This document shows positions 1 through 8,370 of a stretch of DNA of 24,000 nt, in pieces. The stretch comes from Gordonia phage GRU1. The stretch is from sequence record NC_016435.1; one strand, 5' to 3'. The notes under the pieces are model-generated. The model was not told the DNA's origin, ran no database searches, and saw only the letters and a program-made list of their open reading frames with translations. The first letter of the stretch is position 1. Each line of letters opens with the position of its first letter. A program made the translations under genes and the position numbers.

Positions 1-468
1 ACAGGTCGCGCAGGGGTGATACTGCGCCTGGGTCCGGTGTGCGGGGAGGGTCGGGAAGGCGATTTGTGCTTCGGCCTCGGCGTATGCGTCCAGGAGCCGG
101 TCCTGGGGAGTGTCGGTCATCAGCTCATCGATCGCGGCGTGCAGCCGGTCGAAGGGGATGGCCCCGCTGATGGTCGTCGTCGACTCCCCGCGGCGGACGA
201 GCATGATCGCCGGTGTCGAGGAGATCATGTGCTTCTCCAGGAACATCCGCAGCTCGGCCTGGAACGGACCCTCGGGAGGAGGCAGTGGCGCACCGGCGAA
301 CCCGAGGTGTCGCCGACCCTTCGGGTAGCTCTCGATCGCGCTGAGCATGTAGTCGAACAGGTGTTCGGTCCGATCGCCGATGAGCAGAACCCAGCGGGTC
401 CGGCCGGTGCGGCTCTCGATCTCCTCGATGACCTTGGGGTCGCGCAGGTCGAGGAAGTGATAGGTCAT
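1..468 (-). CDS. Hypothetical protein, runs off left edge (MTYHFLDLRDPKVIEEIESRTGRTRWVLLIGDRTEHLF...)
   Basis: Manual reverse-strand translation from ATG (CAT at 466-468) stays open to position 1. GAAAGG RBS upstream. Not in the supplied ORF track because no stop lies in the window. Confidence 0.8.
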   Translation of the reverse strand, partial: MTYHFLDLRDPKVIEEIESRTGRTRWVLLIGDRTEHLFDYMLSAIESYPKGRRHLGFAGAPLPPPEGPFQAELRMFLEKHMISSTPAIMLVRRGESTTTISGAIPFDRLHAAIDELMTDTPQDRLLDAYAEAEAQIAFPTLPAHRTQAQYHPCATC

Positions 469-540
469 GTGCAGGGCCTTTCAACGGGAGAAGCGGGTGG
501 ACCGACCCCTCATCGGCCCACCCGCTTCGGTGGTGGTGTA

Positions 541-1419
541 TCAGAACGCCGGACGGCGCTTCCGGCCAGCGGTCGCGGCGGCGGCCTTCTTGGCGGGGGC
601 CTTCTTCGGCTCCGGCTCGGGCTCGGGCTCCGGATCGTCCTCGGGCTCGTCGTCCGGGTCGTAGACGACCTCCTCCTCGTCACCGTCGGCATCGACGTCG
701 ACCGGCTCCGGATCATCCTCCTCGGGGTCCTCGACGACCTCCTCCTCGACGCTGTCCGCGTCGTCGTCGACCACTCCCTCCTCGATGTCCGCGTCGTCGA
801 CGTCGATGGCCTCGGTGTCGTCGATGTCCACGTCGTCATCGTCGACGGCGCCCGGGACCTCGTGGTCGGCCGGATGGACGTCGTTGATGCGCAGCGAGCG
901 CACGTTCTCGACCTTCACCTTGCCGTCGGCGCCCTTGGACTTGCGCTTGTAGTTGTCGTCGCGCGCCGAGACCACGACCGGCAGGCCCTTGAACTTCTTC
1001 CCGGACACGACGAGGTTGCCGATCTTCAGGATCTTCTCGCCCTTGTCGTCCATGATGGCGTCGCCACCCCAGAACTTCGAGCGCAGCGAGGTGTCCCCGG
1101 CGATGGCGTCGAGCAGCCGGTTGATCCGGCCGACGAACAGGTCGGCGTTCTCGTCACCCATGCTCTCCGGGATGACGATGCGCTCGAAGATGGCGTAGCC
1201 GTTGTACTTCGAGACCGGATCGTCCTTCGGCGCGTCGAACTCGACGACCGCGACGAGCAGATCCTTGTCCTTGGCCTTGTTCGGCTTGATGGACAGGTTC
1301 CGCACTTTCGCGCGGTAGATGCCCCGCGGGGGCACCTCGCCGACGTACTGACTGAATCCGGCGGTGGCCTCGACCTTTGCGGCCTCCGCACCGATTTTCA
1401 GCTTGAGCTTTGTGGCCAT
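541..1419 (-). CDS. Putative ssDNA-binding-like phage protein with long Asp/Glu-rich C-terminal tail and basic KK/GRKRR tip
   Basis: Starts MATKLKLKIGAEAAKVEAT after GAGGGAGAC RBS. Acidic tail and position next to ATPase and nuclease genes. Function is inferred from context. Confidence 0.8.
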   Translation of the reverse strand: MATKLKLKIGAEAAKVEATAGFSQYVGEVPPRGIYRAKVRNLSIKPNKAKDKDLLVAVVEFDAPKDDPVSKYNGYAIFERIVIPESMGDENADLFVGRINRLLDAIAGDTSLRSKFWGGDAIMDDKGEKILKIGNLVVSGKKFKGLPVVVSARDDNYKRKSKGADGKVKVENVRSLRINDVHPADHEVPGAVDDDDVDIDDTEAIDVDDADIEEGVVDDDADSVEEEVVEDPEEDDPEPVDVDADGDEEEVVYDPDDEPEDDPEPEPEPEPKKAPAKKAAAATAGRKRRPAF

Positions 1420-1435
1420 TCTGGATTGTCTCCCT

Positions 1436-2215
1436 CTACTCCGAGTCGACGGCGTTCGACGACTCGATGATCTGTGTGATGTCGGCAAGACCCTTGCCGA
1501 CGGTCCGGCGGCCGAGAGCGTCGAAACGGTCCTTGGCCATCCACTTCTTGTTGGGCTGCCACTCGATGACACGCATCGGCTTGACCCCCTTCGTGGTCTT
1601 CACGCTGTCGAAGTGCATGTAGCCGACCACGTGCATCTGAGCAGCGATCCAGTTCGCGACCTTGCCGTCGCGGCCGTGGAAGTTGGGCATCCGCAGACCC
1701 GGGTCGTCCTCGGCGAACATGGCGTGCGCGGTCCAGCAGATGTTCACCGGCAGGTCGTTGACCAGGGTGACGTAGCGCATGAGGCGCATCTGCTCCTCGC
1801 CGTACTCCTGGAGTTCGACCTTGTCCGGATTGCGCTCGTCGTCGGCGTCGACGTCGGCCTGGACGATGTCCCGGCGGATGTCGAGCTGGAGCTGCGTGCC
1901 GGTGTCGATGCAGACCCAGTCGAACGGGAACTTCTCGTCCCGAGTCGCGTCTTCGAGCCAGTTGTAGGCCTCCAGGAAGTTCGACCACTTCGGGCAGCGC
2001 CAGACCTTCGAGTTGCCCGGGGCCTTCTTCGCCGAGATCGTGCCGTTCTCGACACCGAGGATCAGGGCTCTCTCGGCGCTGCCGAGGAAGCGGGTCTTGC
2101 CGACGCCGGGATCTCCGTACAGCAGCATCGTGATGTTCTCGGTGTACTCCTGGATGTCGACGATGTCGTCGGGGAGATCGAACCCCTTCAGATCGTCCGC
2201 AGTCGCCGTGGCCAT
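1436..2215 (-). CDS. P-loop NTPase, AAA/RecA-like (Sak4-type) phage recombination ATPase
   Basis: Walker A GDPGVGKT, Walker B-like FDWVCIDT. AGAGGAG RBS. Confidence 0.85.
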   Translation of the reverse strand: MATATADDLKGFDLPDDIVDIQEYTENITMLLYGDPGVGKTRFLGSAERALILGVENGTISAKKAPGNSKVWRCPKWSNFLEAYNWLEDATRDEKFPFDWVCIDTGTQLQLDIRRDIVQADVDADDERNPDKVELQEYGEEQMRLMRYVTLVNDLPVNICWTAHAMFAEDDPGLRMPNFHGRDGKVANWIAAQMHVVGYMHFDSVKTTKGVKPMRVIEWQPNKKWMAKDRFDALGRRTVGKGLADITQIIESSNAVDSE

Positions 2216-2233
2216 GTTCTCCTCTTGTCTGTG

Positions 2234-2243
2234 TTGACGTCAA
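2234..2243. promoter_or_regulatory. TTGACGTCAA operator copy upstream of the P-loop ATPase gene
   Basis: Exact match to the 10-mer over the -35 of the ORFan-cluster promoters. Confidence 0.6.
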
Positions 2244-2265
2244 CCCTACCATATGGCGCCGGGGA

Positions 2266-3447
2266 TCAGAAGTCGCCGCGCCGTTCCTCGCGATGAGCCT
2301 CGTAGGGATCACGCACGTGGTAGGCGACGGATTTGAGCAGCTCGGTGTCGCCGTCCTGCTCGTCGGCCAGGCATAGGTCGTAGAAGTCGCAGTCCCATGT
2401 GCAATCGCGCGTCGGGTTCTTGTACAGCGGCAACAGGCCCTCGCGCATGGCGTTCATCGTCTGGATTTCGTCGGCGATGTGCTGGATCTGTTTCCGGCGC
2501 TCCTTCGAGGTCCGGTAGACCGGCTCTCGGTGGAACCGCGGGCTCGGCTGCTTCGTCGAGACGTCGCCGAGCACCGTCAGGCCGTGCTCCTCGGCCTCTT
2601 CGATCAGATCCGGCAGCTTCGACTTCTGAAGCTCCTTCTCCATCTCCGGTCCGATCGTCTCGACCCAGAGCTTCTCGCCCGACGCGGCGACCTCGCGCTT
2701 GGCGTGGAACTCCATCAGCGCGGCCACGAAGTGCTTCTTCGTCGGCTTGTTCGTCGCGCGACCCTGCTCGTCAACCGGTCGCTCGTCCGGCGGGGCTTTC
2801 ATCAGGAAGTTGTAGAGGATCCCGGACAGCCGTTCCCGGCCGGTGATCACTCCCTGGCGCCGGAGGACGTTGTCGGCGACGGCCCAGTACCCGCCAGCCT
2901 GGTCGTCGAGAGGGAGGTGGTTGGTCTTGATCGAGCGCGCCGTCTTGTGGTCCCAGAGCCAGATCTTGCCGGTGCCGAGGTTGCGCGCGACGATGTCGAA
3001 GGTGCCGTGGAACTTGGCCACCGGGGTCCGGTCGGCTGCGTTCCGCGGAATCCGGACGCCGAAGGGCTGCTCGGGGGAGAGCACCTCCCACTCCTCGTCC
3101 TGGCCGAACTCGACGAGGTAGTTCTCCAGCATCGCCTCGCCGACGGCCTCGGCATCGAGCACGACGTGCTCCTGGTCGGCGTAGAGCGAGCCCGACATGA
3201 TCTCGACCCGGACCAGCTCCATGACCCCCTGGCAGTACTCCTTCCAGGTCTCGATCGGGTCGCGACCACGGGTGGTGCCCGGGATGTACCAGTGCTCGAA
3301 GGCCAGGTGGATGCCGGTGCCGAACCACAGCGGGAGCTTCTTCCGGTTCGACTCCAGGCCCTCTCGCCAGGCCCACCACCAACGTTGCGGGCACCGCTTG
3401 AAGTCCTTGCGCTCGGACCCGCGGAGCAGCGGGAGGTCAGAGGTCAT
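2266..3447 (-). CDS. Cas4/RecB-like PD-(D/E)XK nuclease
   Basis: FHGTFDIVARNLGTGKIWLWDHKTAR matches the D...DxK core. N-terminal KRCPQRW plus C-terminal CTWDCDFYDLC fit Fe-S cysteines of Cas4-like exonucleases. Confidence 0.85.
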   Translation of the reverse strand: MTSDLPLLRGSERKDFKRCPQRWWWAWREGLESNRKKLPLWFGTGIHLAFEHWYIPGTTRGRDPIETWKEYCQGVMELVRVEIMSGSLYADQEHVVLDAEAVGEAMLENYLVEFGQDEEWEVLSPEQPFGVRIPRNAADRTPVAKFHGTFDIVARNLGTGKIWLWDHKTARSIKTNHLPLDDQAGGYWAVADNVLRRQGVITGRERLSGILYNFLMKAPPDERPVDEQGRATNKPTKKHFVAALMEFHAKREVAASGEKLWVETIGPEMEKELQKSKLPDLIEEAEEHGLTVLGDVSTKQPSPRFHREPVYRTSKERRKQIQHIADEIQTMNAMREGLLPLYKNPTRDCTWDCDFYDLCLADEQDGDTELLKSVAYHVRDPYEAHREERRGDF

Positions 3448-3781
3448 CGGCGATCTTCTTCAGCTCGCCGCGGGCCTGAGCGAGCGCGGCCCGGTACCGG
3501 ATCTTGGCCGACTCCAGGCGCAGGTAGGTCAGGTTGTTCTTCTTCGGATCACCGTCGTCGATCAGGACGAGATCCCCGAGGTCGAAGGCCGGGTAGTCGT
3601 CGCTGTTCAGGTCGAGTTTCGGCTGTCGGCTCCAGATACCGGGGTCGATCCGATAGGCCCGGTCCTGCCACCAGATGTGCGACGGCGTACCGGGGTGATG
3701 CTCATCGAGGTAGAGGAACTCGATCGAGGGCCACTGGATCACCGCATGGTGGGTGTAGAGCGCGGGGATGGGCTCAGTCAT
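3437..3781 (-). CDS. Hypothetical protein
   Basis: ORF in operon, overlaps neighbours by about 10 bp on both sides, coherent protein sequence. Confidence 0.75.
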   Translation of the reverse strand: MTEPIPALYTHHAVIQWPSIEFLYLDEHHPGTPSHIWWQDRAYRIDPGIWSRQPKLDLNSDDYPAFDLGDLVLIDDGDPKKNNLTYLRLESAKIRYRAALAQARGELKKIADDL

Positions 3782-4118
3782 TCGACACCAGCCAGGACTC
3801 GACCACGATCATCACGATGCGGTCCTTGTTGAGAGCGAACACGGTGCCCTTCTCGCCCGAGTTCCCGGCGTCCCCGTTGCCGACGGGGCCGATGTTGTAC
3901 CAGTCGTCGTCTCGGGTGGTTCCGTCCACCTTCAGCGGGAGCACGTAGAGAAGACCCGGGACCGAAGGGGATGGCTCCACCTCGTGCCCGATGACCTTGA
4001 AATGGTGTCCCCCGACACCGTTTTCGACAGTGATAGTTGAGAGGATCGGGGAGACTCGACCGATTGAGCCCTCGGCCCACTTCTTCACGGCAGGAGACAG
4101 AGCGTGCTTTTTGCCCAT
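3774..4118 (-). CDS. Hypothetical protein (MGKKHALSPAVKKWAEG...)
   Basis: ATG at 4118 preceded by GGAAAGG. The longer GTG start at 4136 is less likely because it overlaps the RBS. Confidence 0.75.
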   Translation of the reverse strand: MGKKHALSPAVKKWAEGSIGRVSPILSTITVENGVGGHHFKVIGHEVEPSPSVPGLLYVLPLKVDGTTRDDDWYNIGPVGNGDAGNSGEKGTVFALNKDRIVMIVVESWLVSND

Positions 4119-4155
4119 GTTAGTTTTCCTTTCCACAGCAGCGTCGTCGACGGTA

Positions 4156-4332
4156 TCAGGTCATCCGGACAGGGGTGGGGTTCTCCCGACCGCAGTCCAG
4201 GCAGACCTTGACCCCGAGGTGAACGACCCCGGCAGGCTCACCGTTCACCGTGGCGGGGTTCGTGCGCAGGTACTTCACCTGGGTCCGAGGGTGCTTGCAG
4301 CGCCGGGATGCGCGACGCTCGGCCCGGTTCAC
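4156..4332 (-). CDS. Small hypothetical protein with Cys-rich C-terminus (VCLDCGRE)
   Basis: GTG at 4332 overlaps the upstream TGA by 4 bp. The longer ORF to 4572 is a frame shadow. Confidence 0.65.
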   Translation of the reverse strand: MNRAERRASRRCKHPRTQVKYLRTNPATVNGEPAGVVHLGVKVCLDCGRENPTPVRMT

Positions 4333-4700
4333 TCGGTCACCGACGGGAATGCGCCGCGGAACACGTGCCAGACGAGCCCGCCGTCCCGGATCGTCGCGAT
4401 GTAGGCCTCCATCGCCATGTAGACGTTCTCGTACCCCGAGGACTCTCGCCCCTCGGGAATCGGGTGCTCGACGCATCCGCGGATACGCTCCTCGTGCAGC
4501 GGGTGGCCGGTGCCGCGGATCTCGATCGGGACGTACTCGAAAGAGTCCGGGTGGGTCTCGACGATCATCCAAATGTCGACTTGCGGATACCCCGGATTCG
4601 GGTGCATCTGCGCGTCGAGGATGCCGATGACCGTGGCGCCGACGACCCGGATCTGTTGGCTGTCTTCGACGGGAATGGTGAACTTCCAGATGGTTCTCAT
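4329..4700 (-). CDS. Hypothetical phage protein (MRTIWKFTIPVEDSQQIRVV...)
   Basis: Coherent ORF, 4-bp overlap with adjacent gene. Sequence style resembles a common phage hypothetical family. Confidence 0.8.
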   Translation of the reverse strand: MRTIWKFTIPVEDSQQIRVVGATVIGILDAQMHPNPGYPQVDIWMIVETHPDSFEYVPIEIRGTGHPLHEERIRGCVEHPIPEGRESSGYENVYMAMEAYIATIRDGGLVWHVFRGAFPSVTE

Positions 4701-5044
4701 TCGATCTCTCCTGCGTCGGGAAGCAGCTCGACCGCTGCTTGAATCAAATCCGCTAGTTCCGAATGGCCCTCATGGCGTAATCCGTCCAGGTCAGAGGCCC
4801 TCTCAAAGTCTCCGAACCGGTAGTGCGTGGACCGGTCACTGACGGTCCCGTCCTTCAATACCCGAGGCCCTTCGAGGAACCAATGGGTGTGGAACTTGCC
4901 GATCCCGCGGAGTCCGTGGAATCGGCGACTCCGGCTGATACTCAGGTGTTCCGGGACGAGTGAAATGGCCCGGGCTCCGACGATCTGCTCCCGGTGGTTT
5001 TCGACTCGGAATCGGCTCTTGAACTCGATCGTGTGGAGCTTCAT
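4697..5044 (-). CDS. Hypothetical protein (MKLHTIEFKSRFRVENHREQ...)
   Basis: ATG at 5044 with GAGAAGG RBS. 4-bp overlaps with genes on both sides. Confidence 0.75.
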   Translation of the reverse strand: MKLHTIEFKSRFRVENHREQIVGARAISLVPEHLSISRSRRFHGLRGIGKFHTHWFLEGPRVLKDGTVSDRSTHYRFGDFERASDLDGLRHEGHSELADLIQAAVELLPDAGEIE

Positions 5045-7098
5045 GCGGCCTTCTCTCGGGTGATGGGGGTGAGCAGCGAGCGCACGAAGTTGACGCCGCG
5101 CTGCCCGTCGATGATGAGCTTGGTCAGGCGCTCGCGGCCGCCGGAGACGAACGCGATGTTCTCCTCGACGGTTTCCAGCGTGCGGAGGTAGTGGATCGTG
5201 ACCTGGTGTAGTCGGGAGACGCGGTGAATCCGGTCCTCCACCTGCTCCTGGTCGTCGGGAATCCACGTCTCGTCGAGGAACACGAGGTCATCGGCCGCGT
5301 CGAGGGTCAGCGACACACCACCGGCGTTGGTGTTGAGCAGGAACACCCTCGGGCCACCGGCCTCCTGCCAGCGGTCTTTGTTCTCCTTCCGCTGGCTCTG
5401 CTTCACCCCTCCGGTGATCTTCAGGACCGGGATGCCGAGCTTGACCAGCTCGCGCTCGTACATGTCGAGGATCGCGGTGAACTGGCTGGCCACAACGACC
5501 TTGCGCTCCTGGCCCTCCTCATCGGGCTCCATCGACGTGTGCTTGTTGATGCCGAGGCCGTCGAGGAACTCGACCAGCCAGTCGAACTTGACCGACGGCA
5601 TCTTCGGCAGGAAGCGGTAGGCCTCCTCACCCTCGGAGTCGAGGTAGGTCTCGACGTCGCCGTGACAGATCGCGAACTGCTTCAACCGGACCAGCTCGGC
5701 GAGCACGCCGTTGGCGGTCAGCACGCCGGACTCCAGAATCGTCTCGGCCTCGTCGCGGATCTCGGCGTAGGCCTTCGCCTGCTTCGGGCTCATCGTGAGC
5801 CAGTGGCCGATCGGGCTGTGCTCGTCGGTCGTGCCGTCGTCGTAGGGCAGCGCGGTACCGGCGTAGAGCTTTGGCGGGAGTTCCGGGTAGACCTCGGCCT
5901 TGGTGCGGCGCAGCATGATCGGCGCGATGTCCTCGTAGAACATCTTGACCTTGGTCTCGTCGAGACCGGCGATCTCCATGTTCGACTTCTGGTCCTTGAT
6001 GTCGCCGAGCACGTGGAACCACTGCTGAGCCCAGGACCAGTAGGCGTGGTACTTGTCCGGATAGAGCCAGTTCAGGGTGCCCCAGAGGTTCTCCGGCTTC
6101 CCGCGGAACGGGGTGCCGGACAGCGCGATCTTCAGACCGTGCTCGGCGACCGGGATCATGCCCGCACCGGCGCGCACCTGGGTCTGGCTCTGGGGAGTCG
6201 CGGAGTGGCAGATCATGAATCGGTGGCTCTCGTCGGCGACGAAGGCGCTCCACTCCCGCTCAAAGAGCATGGGGTACTTGCGATCCCACCAGCCGGGCTC
6301 CTTGAACATGCCCATCTTGCCGGTGCGCTTGTGCTTGCGCCGGACCAGGCTCGGCTTCACCCACTCCGCGCGGAGCATCTCGATGTTCACGATGACCCAC
6401 CGACGTCGGTCGCCCGGCGGCGGGCCGAGACGGTCGAGGATGTTCCGGCGCGCGGGACCGGTTCCCATCACCGTGACGACCTCGTCGCCGGGGACCCAGG
6501 TCTCCAGCTCGTCGGGCCAGGTGGTCGCGACGGCCGCCGAGGGTGCAGCGACGAGGATGTCCCCGACGATCCCCGAGCTGATCACGGCGCCGAGGGTCTG
6601 GAGCGTCTTGCCCAGGCCCGGCTGGTCGGCCAGCAACCCGCGGCGGGTGTGGGTGAGGAAGGCGATCCCGGCGCGCTGGTACGCGCGTGCCAGCTCGGCG
6701 ATCTTCGGTGCGTGCTCGGCGACGGCCGGATCCAGTTCGGCGTCGCTGCTCGCGCTGGAGAAGTTCTTGATGTTGCCGAGCCGGTCGCTCTCCTCCCACG
6801 ACCACTCGATGAGCCCCTCGGACGTCAGCAGGTTGTCGCCGAAGACCCGGCGCAGCTCCTTGCAGTTCGTCAGAGTCAGCGGGAGCTGGCCACCACCGGC
6901 GTCGACACCGACCGCTCCCAGCTCTTTCAGCAGCTCACGGTATCGCTTGCTTCGAGCGGTGCCGGTCGACCACCAGACGTCGATGGTGGAAGCTGAAGTG
7001 TCGTCATCAGCGAGTTCGATCCAGACGTGTCCGTCTCGGAGAGCAGCGATTCGCTCGGCGGCGGCTGGACTGTCGGATTCGAGTTCGATGGCTCCCAC
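5041..7098 (-). CDS. SNF2/DEAD-like (superfamily 2) DNA helicase
   Basis: YQRAGIAFL...RRGLLADQPGLGKTLQTLGA, DESHR, LSGTPFRG, VVVASQFTAILDMYERELVKLG, DEDRIHR-like motif VEDRIHRVSR. GTG at 7098 preceded by GGGGAG. Confidence 0.92.
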   Translation of the reverse strand: MGAIELESDSPAAAERIAALRDGHVWIELADDDTSASTIDVWWSTGTARSKRYRELLKELGAVGVDAGGGQLPLTLTNCKELRRVFGDNLLTSEGLIEWSWEESDRLGNIKNFSSASSDAELDPAVAEHAPKIAELARAYQRAGIAFLTHTRRGLLADQPGLGKTLQTLGAVISSGIVGDILVAAPSAAVATTWPDELETWVPGDEVVTVMGTGPARRNILDRLGPPPGDRRRWVIVNIEMLRAEWVKPSLVRRKHKRTGKMGMFKEPGWWDRKYPMLFEREWSAFVADESHRFMICHSATPQSQTQVRAGAGMIPVAEHGLKIALSGTPFRGKPENLWGTLNWLYPDKYHAYWSWAQQWFHVLGDIKDQKSNMEIAGLDETKVKMFYEDIAPIMLRRTKAEVYPELPPKLYAGTALPYDDGTTDEHSPIGHWLTMSPKQAKAYAEIRDEAETILESGVLTANGVLAELVRLKQFAICHGDVETYLDSEGEEAYRFLPKMPSVKFDWLVEFLDGLGINKHTSMEPDEEGQERKVVVASQFTAILDMYERELVKLGIPVLKITGGVKQSQRKENKDRWQEAGGPRVFLLNTNAGGVSLTLDAADDLVFLDETWIPDDQEQVEDRIHRVSRLHQVTIHYLRTLETVEENIAFVSGGRERLTKLIIDGQRGVNFVRSLLTPITREKAA

Positions 7099-7550
7099 TG
7101 GATCTCCCCGTCGTGCATGGTCTCGAACAGGTGTTCGAGCTTTCGGATGTAACTCTTCTTGCTCTCGGCGCCGGTGAACTGGAGGCCTGCCCAGATCCCG
7201 TTGAGCCGGGTGATTTCGTGTGCGGTCTCGATCCCGCGGCGCGCGCAGAGCTGCCGGACTGGACACGACTCACAGATGCGCATGGCCATCCGGTCCTGCT
7301 CGCGCAGTTCCTCGCGACCCTCCGGGCCGGTGCGCTGGCGCTCCTGCATGTCCGGGATGAAGGCGTCGCCGAGACCGCCGCACTGCGCGTCGTCGAGCCA
7401 ATCCTGGTGCTCGTCGGGCTCCGGCGGGATGACGAACGCGGCGGCCGGTCGCGGTGGCCCGGAAGCCGGTTTCGGCTGGCCCTTGGCCGGACGGGGTCCG
7501 TTGAGGACGTTCGTCCCTCGGATGACGAGGGACCCACGACGAACCTTCAC
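6927..7550 (-). CDS. WhiB-like Fe-S regulator with C-terminal extension
   Basis: CGG...CESCPVRQLC (CxxCx5C) followed by GIWAGL. GTG start at 7550, 4-bp overlap with the upstream gene. Confidence 0.85.
   Translation of the reverse strand: MKVRRGSLVIRGTNVLNGPRPAKGQPKPASGPPRPAAAFVIPPEPDEHQDWLDDAQCGGLGDAFIPDMQERQRTGPEGREELREQDRMAMRICESCPVRQLCARRGIETAHEITRLNGIWAGLQFTGAESKKSYIRKLEHLFETMHDGEIQWEPSNSNPTVQPPPSESLLSETDTSGSNSLMTTLQLPPSTSGGRPAPLEASDTVSC
7123..7138. promoter_or_regulatory. Full-consensus LexA/SOS box TCGAACAGGTGTTCGA, 24 bp upstream of the helicase start codon
   Basis: Exact TCGAAC-N4-GTTCGA. Lies inside the WhiB-like CDS. Confidence 0.6.
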
Positions 7551-7711
7551 TCTTCGTCCATCCCGACGAACGCGGGCTCGCTGCGCTCGTGCTCGGAGTG
7601 GATGGGCACTCCGACCTCGGGATAACGGTTCTTGGCCTCCTGCTCGCTCTCAGCGCGCACGGAGTAGGTCGTGGTCTTGGTCTCCTGGACCTCGATCAGG
7701 TAGGTCTTCAC
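7547..7711 (-). CDS. Small hypothetical protein (VKTYLIEVQETKTTTYSVRAESEQEAKNRYPEVG...)
   Basis: GTG at 7711 with GAAGGAGA RBS. 4-bp overlaps on both sides. Confidence 0.75.
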   Translation of the reverse strand: MKTYLIEVQETKTTTYSVRAESEQEAKNRYPEVGVPIHSEHERSEPAFVGMDEE

Positions 7712-7893
7712 TGTGTCTCCTTCGGGGCGGGCTTCTCGACCACCCATCGTCGTGCCATGAGTATCTGATGGCATTTCGCACACCCCAGACGATCGTGGAT
7801 TCCACCGAACCAGAACACGCTGACCTCGATGAGCGGTCCGACGTGTCCGCAGTTTCCACACTCACCGTGCGGGGTAGCGACCAGATCGCTCAC
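7708..7893 (-). CDS. Small putative zinc-ribbon protein (CGNCG...CAKCH)
   Basis: Two CxxC pairs in a 61-aa ORF overlapping the next gene by 4 bp. Confidence 0.75.
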   Translation of the reverse strand: MSDLVATPHGECGNCGHVGPLIEVSVFWFGGIHDRLGCAKCHQILMARRWVVEKPAPKETQ

Positions 7894-7936
7894 GGATGAT
7901 CCTCTCGTGCAGGGGTGACAGCCACGGTAGCGCGAG

Positions 7937-8062
7937 CTACAGGTGGTAGAAGTGGTTCGGGCTGACCAGGTAGTAGAACGACGGGATCCAGAGCAGGAAG
8001 CCGCCGAACAGGATGTGCAGGGTCGCCGAGTGTCCGTGCTGGACGCGGGTGTAGTGGCTCAT
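7937..8062 (-). CDS. Small (41 aa) putative membrane protein (MSHYTRVQHGHSATLHILFGGFLLWIPSFYYLVSPNHFYHL)
   Basis: ATG at 8062 preceded by AAGGAGAG. Hydrophobic core. 4-bp overlap with the upstream gene. Confidence 0.7.
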   Translation of the reverse strand: MSHYTRVQHGHSATLHILFGGFLLWIPSFYYLVSPNHFYHL

Positions 8063-8370
8063 GATCTCTCCTTGGCTCTTTCGTCGTCGTGCCAGATCTT
8101 GATCCCCTGGAGCAGCTCGATCGGCATCTCGTCGATGATTTCGCGGACCCTCTTGTTGGTGCCGATCCCTCCTTGACCGAGAAACCCGAGGAAGGCCTTC
8201 ACGGCATCGCGGTAGGTCTTGTCGTGCGCTCGGCGAGCGATCTCGCCTTCGATCTCGGTGAGCACCCTGTGTTCGTCCGTTCCGGCGACGTGCGCGTCCA
8301 GGTCCTCGGTCAAGCTCTGCTGGAGGACGTCGAGCGCCTTGTCGTCGAGGGCGGTGTAGTTGCTGGTCAT
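8059..8370 (-). CDS. Hypothetical protein
   Basis: Coherent ORF with 4-bp overlaps on both sides. Confidence 0.75.
   Translation of the reverse strand: MTSNYTALDDKALDVLQQSLTEDLDAHVAGTDEHRVLTEIEGEIARRAHDKTYRDAVKAFLGFLGQGGIGTNKRVREIIDEMPIELLQGIKIWHDDERAKERS

Noticed and set aside
16-1470. 484-aa plus-strand ORF
   Set aside because: Shadow of the minus-strand 541-1419 gene (its acidic tail reads as V/L/D repeats) and of the leftmost gene. The minus strand has RBSs and coherent proteins.
2479-3948. 489-aa plus-strand ORF
   Set aside because: Antisense to the Cas4-like nuclease gene; Arg/Leu/Val-rich high-GC shadow.
5224-6996. 590-aa plus-strand ORF
   Set aside because: Antisense to the SNF2-type helicase, which has clear motifs.
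6077-7177. 366-aa plus-strand ORF
   Set aside because: Another antisense shadow over the helicase and WhiB-like genes.
7547-7861. Longer 104-aa frame upstream of the small gene
   Set aside because: The upstream portion overlaps the 7708-7893 zinc-ribbon gene out of frame; the GTG at 7711 has a good RBS.
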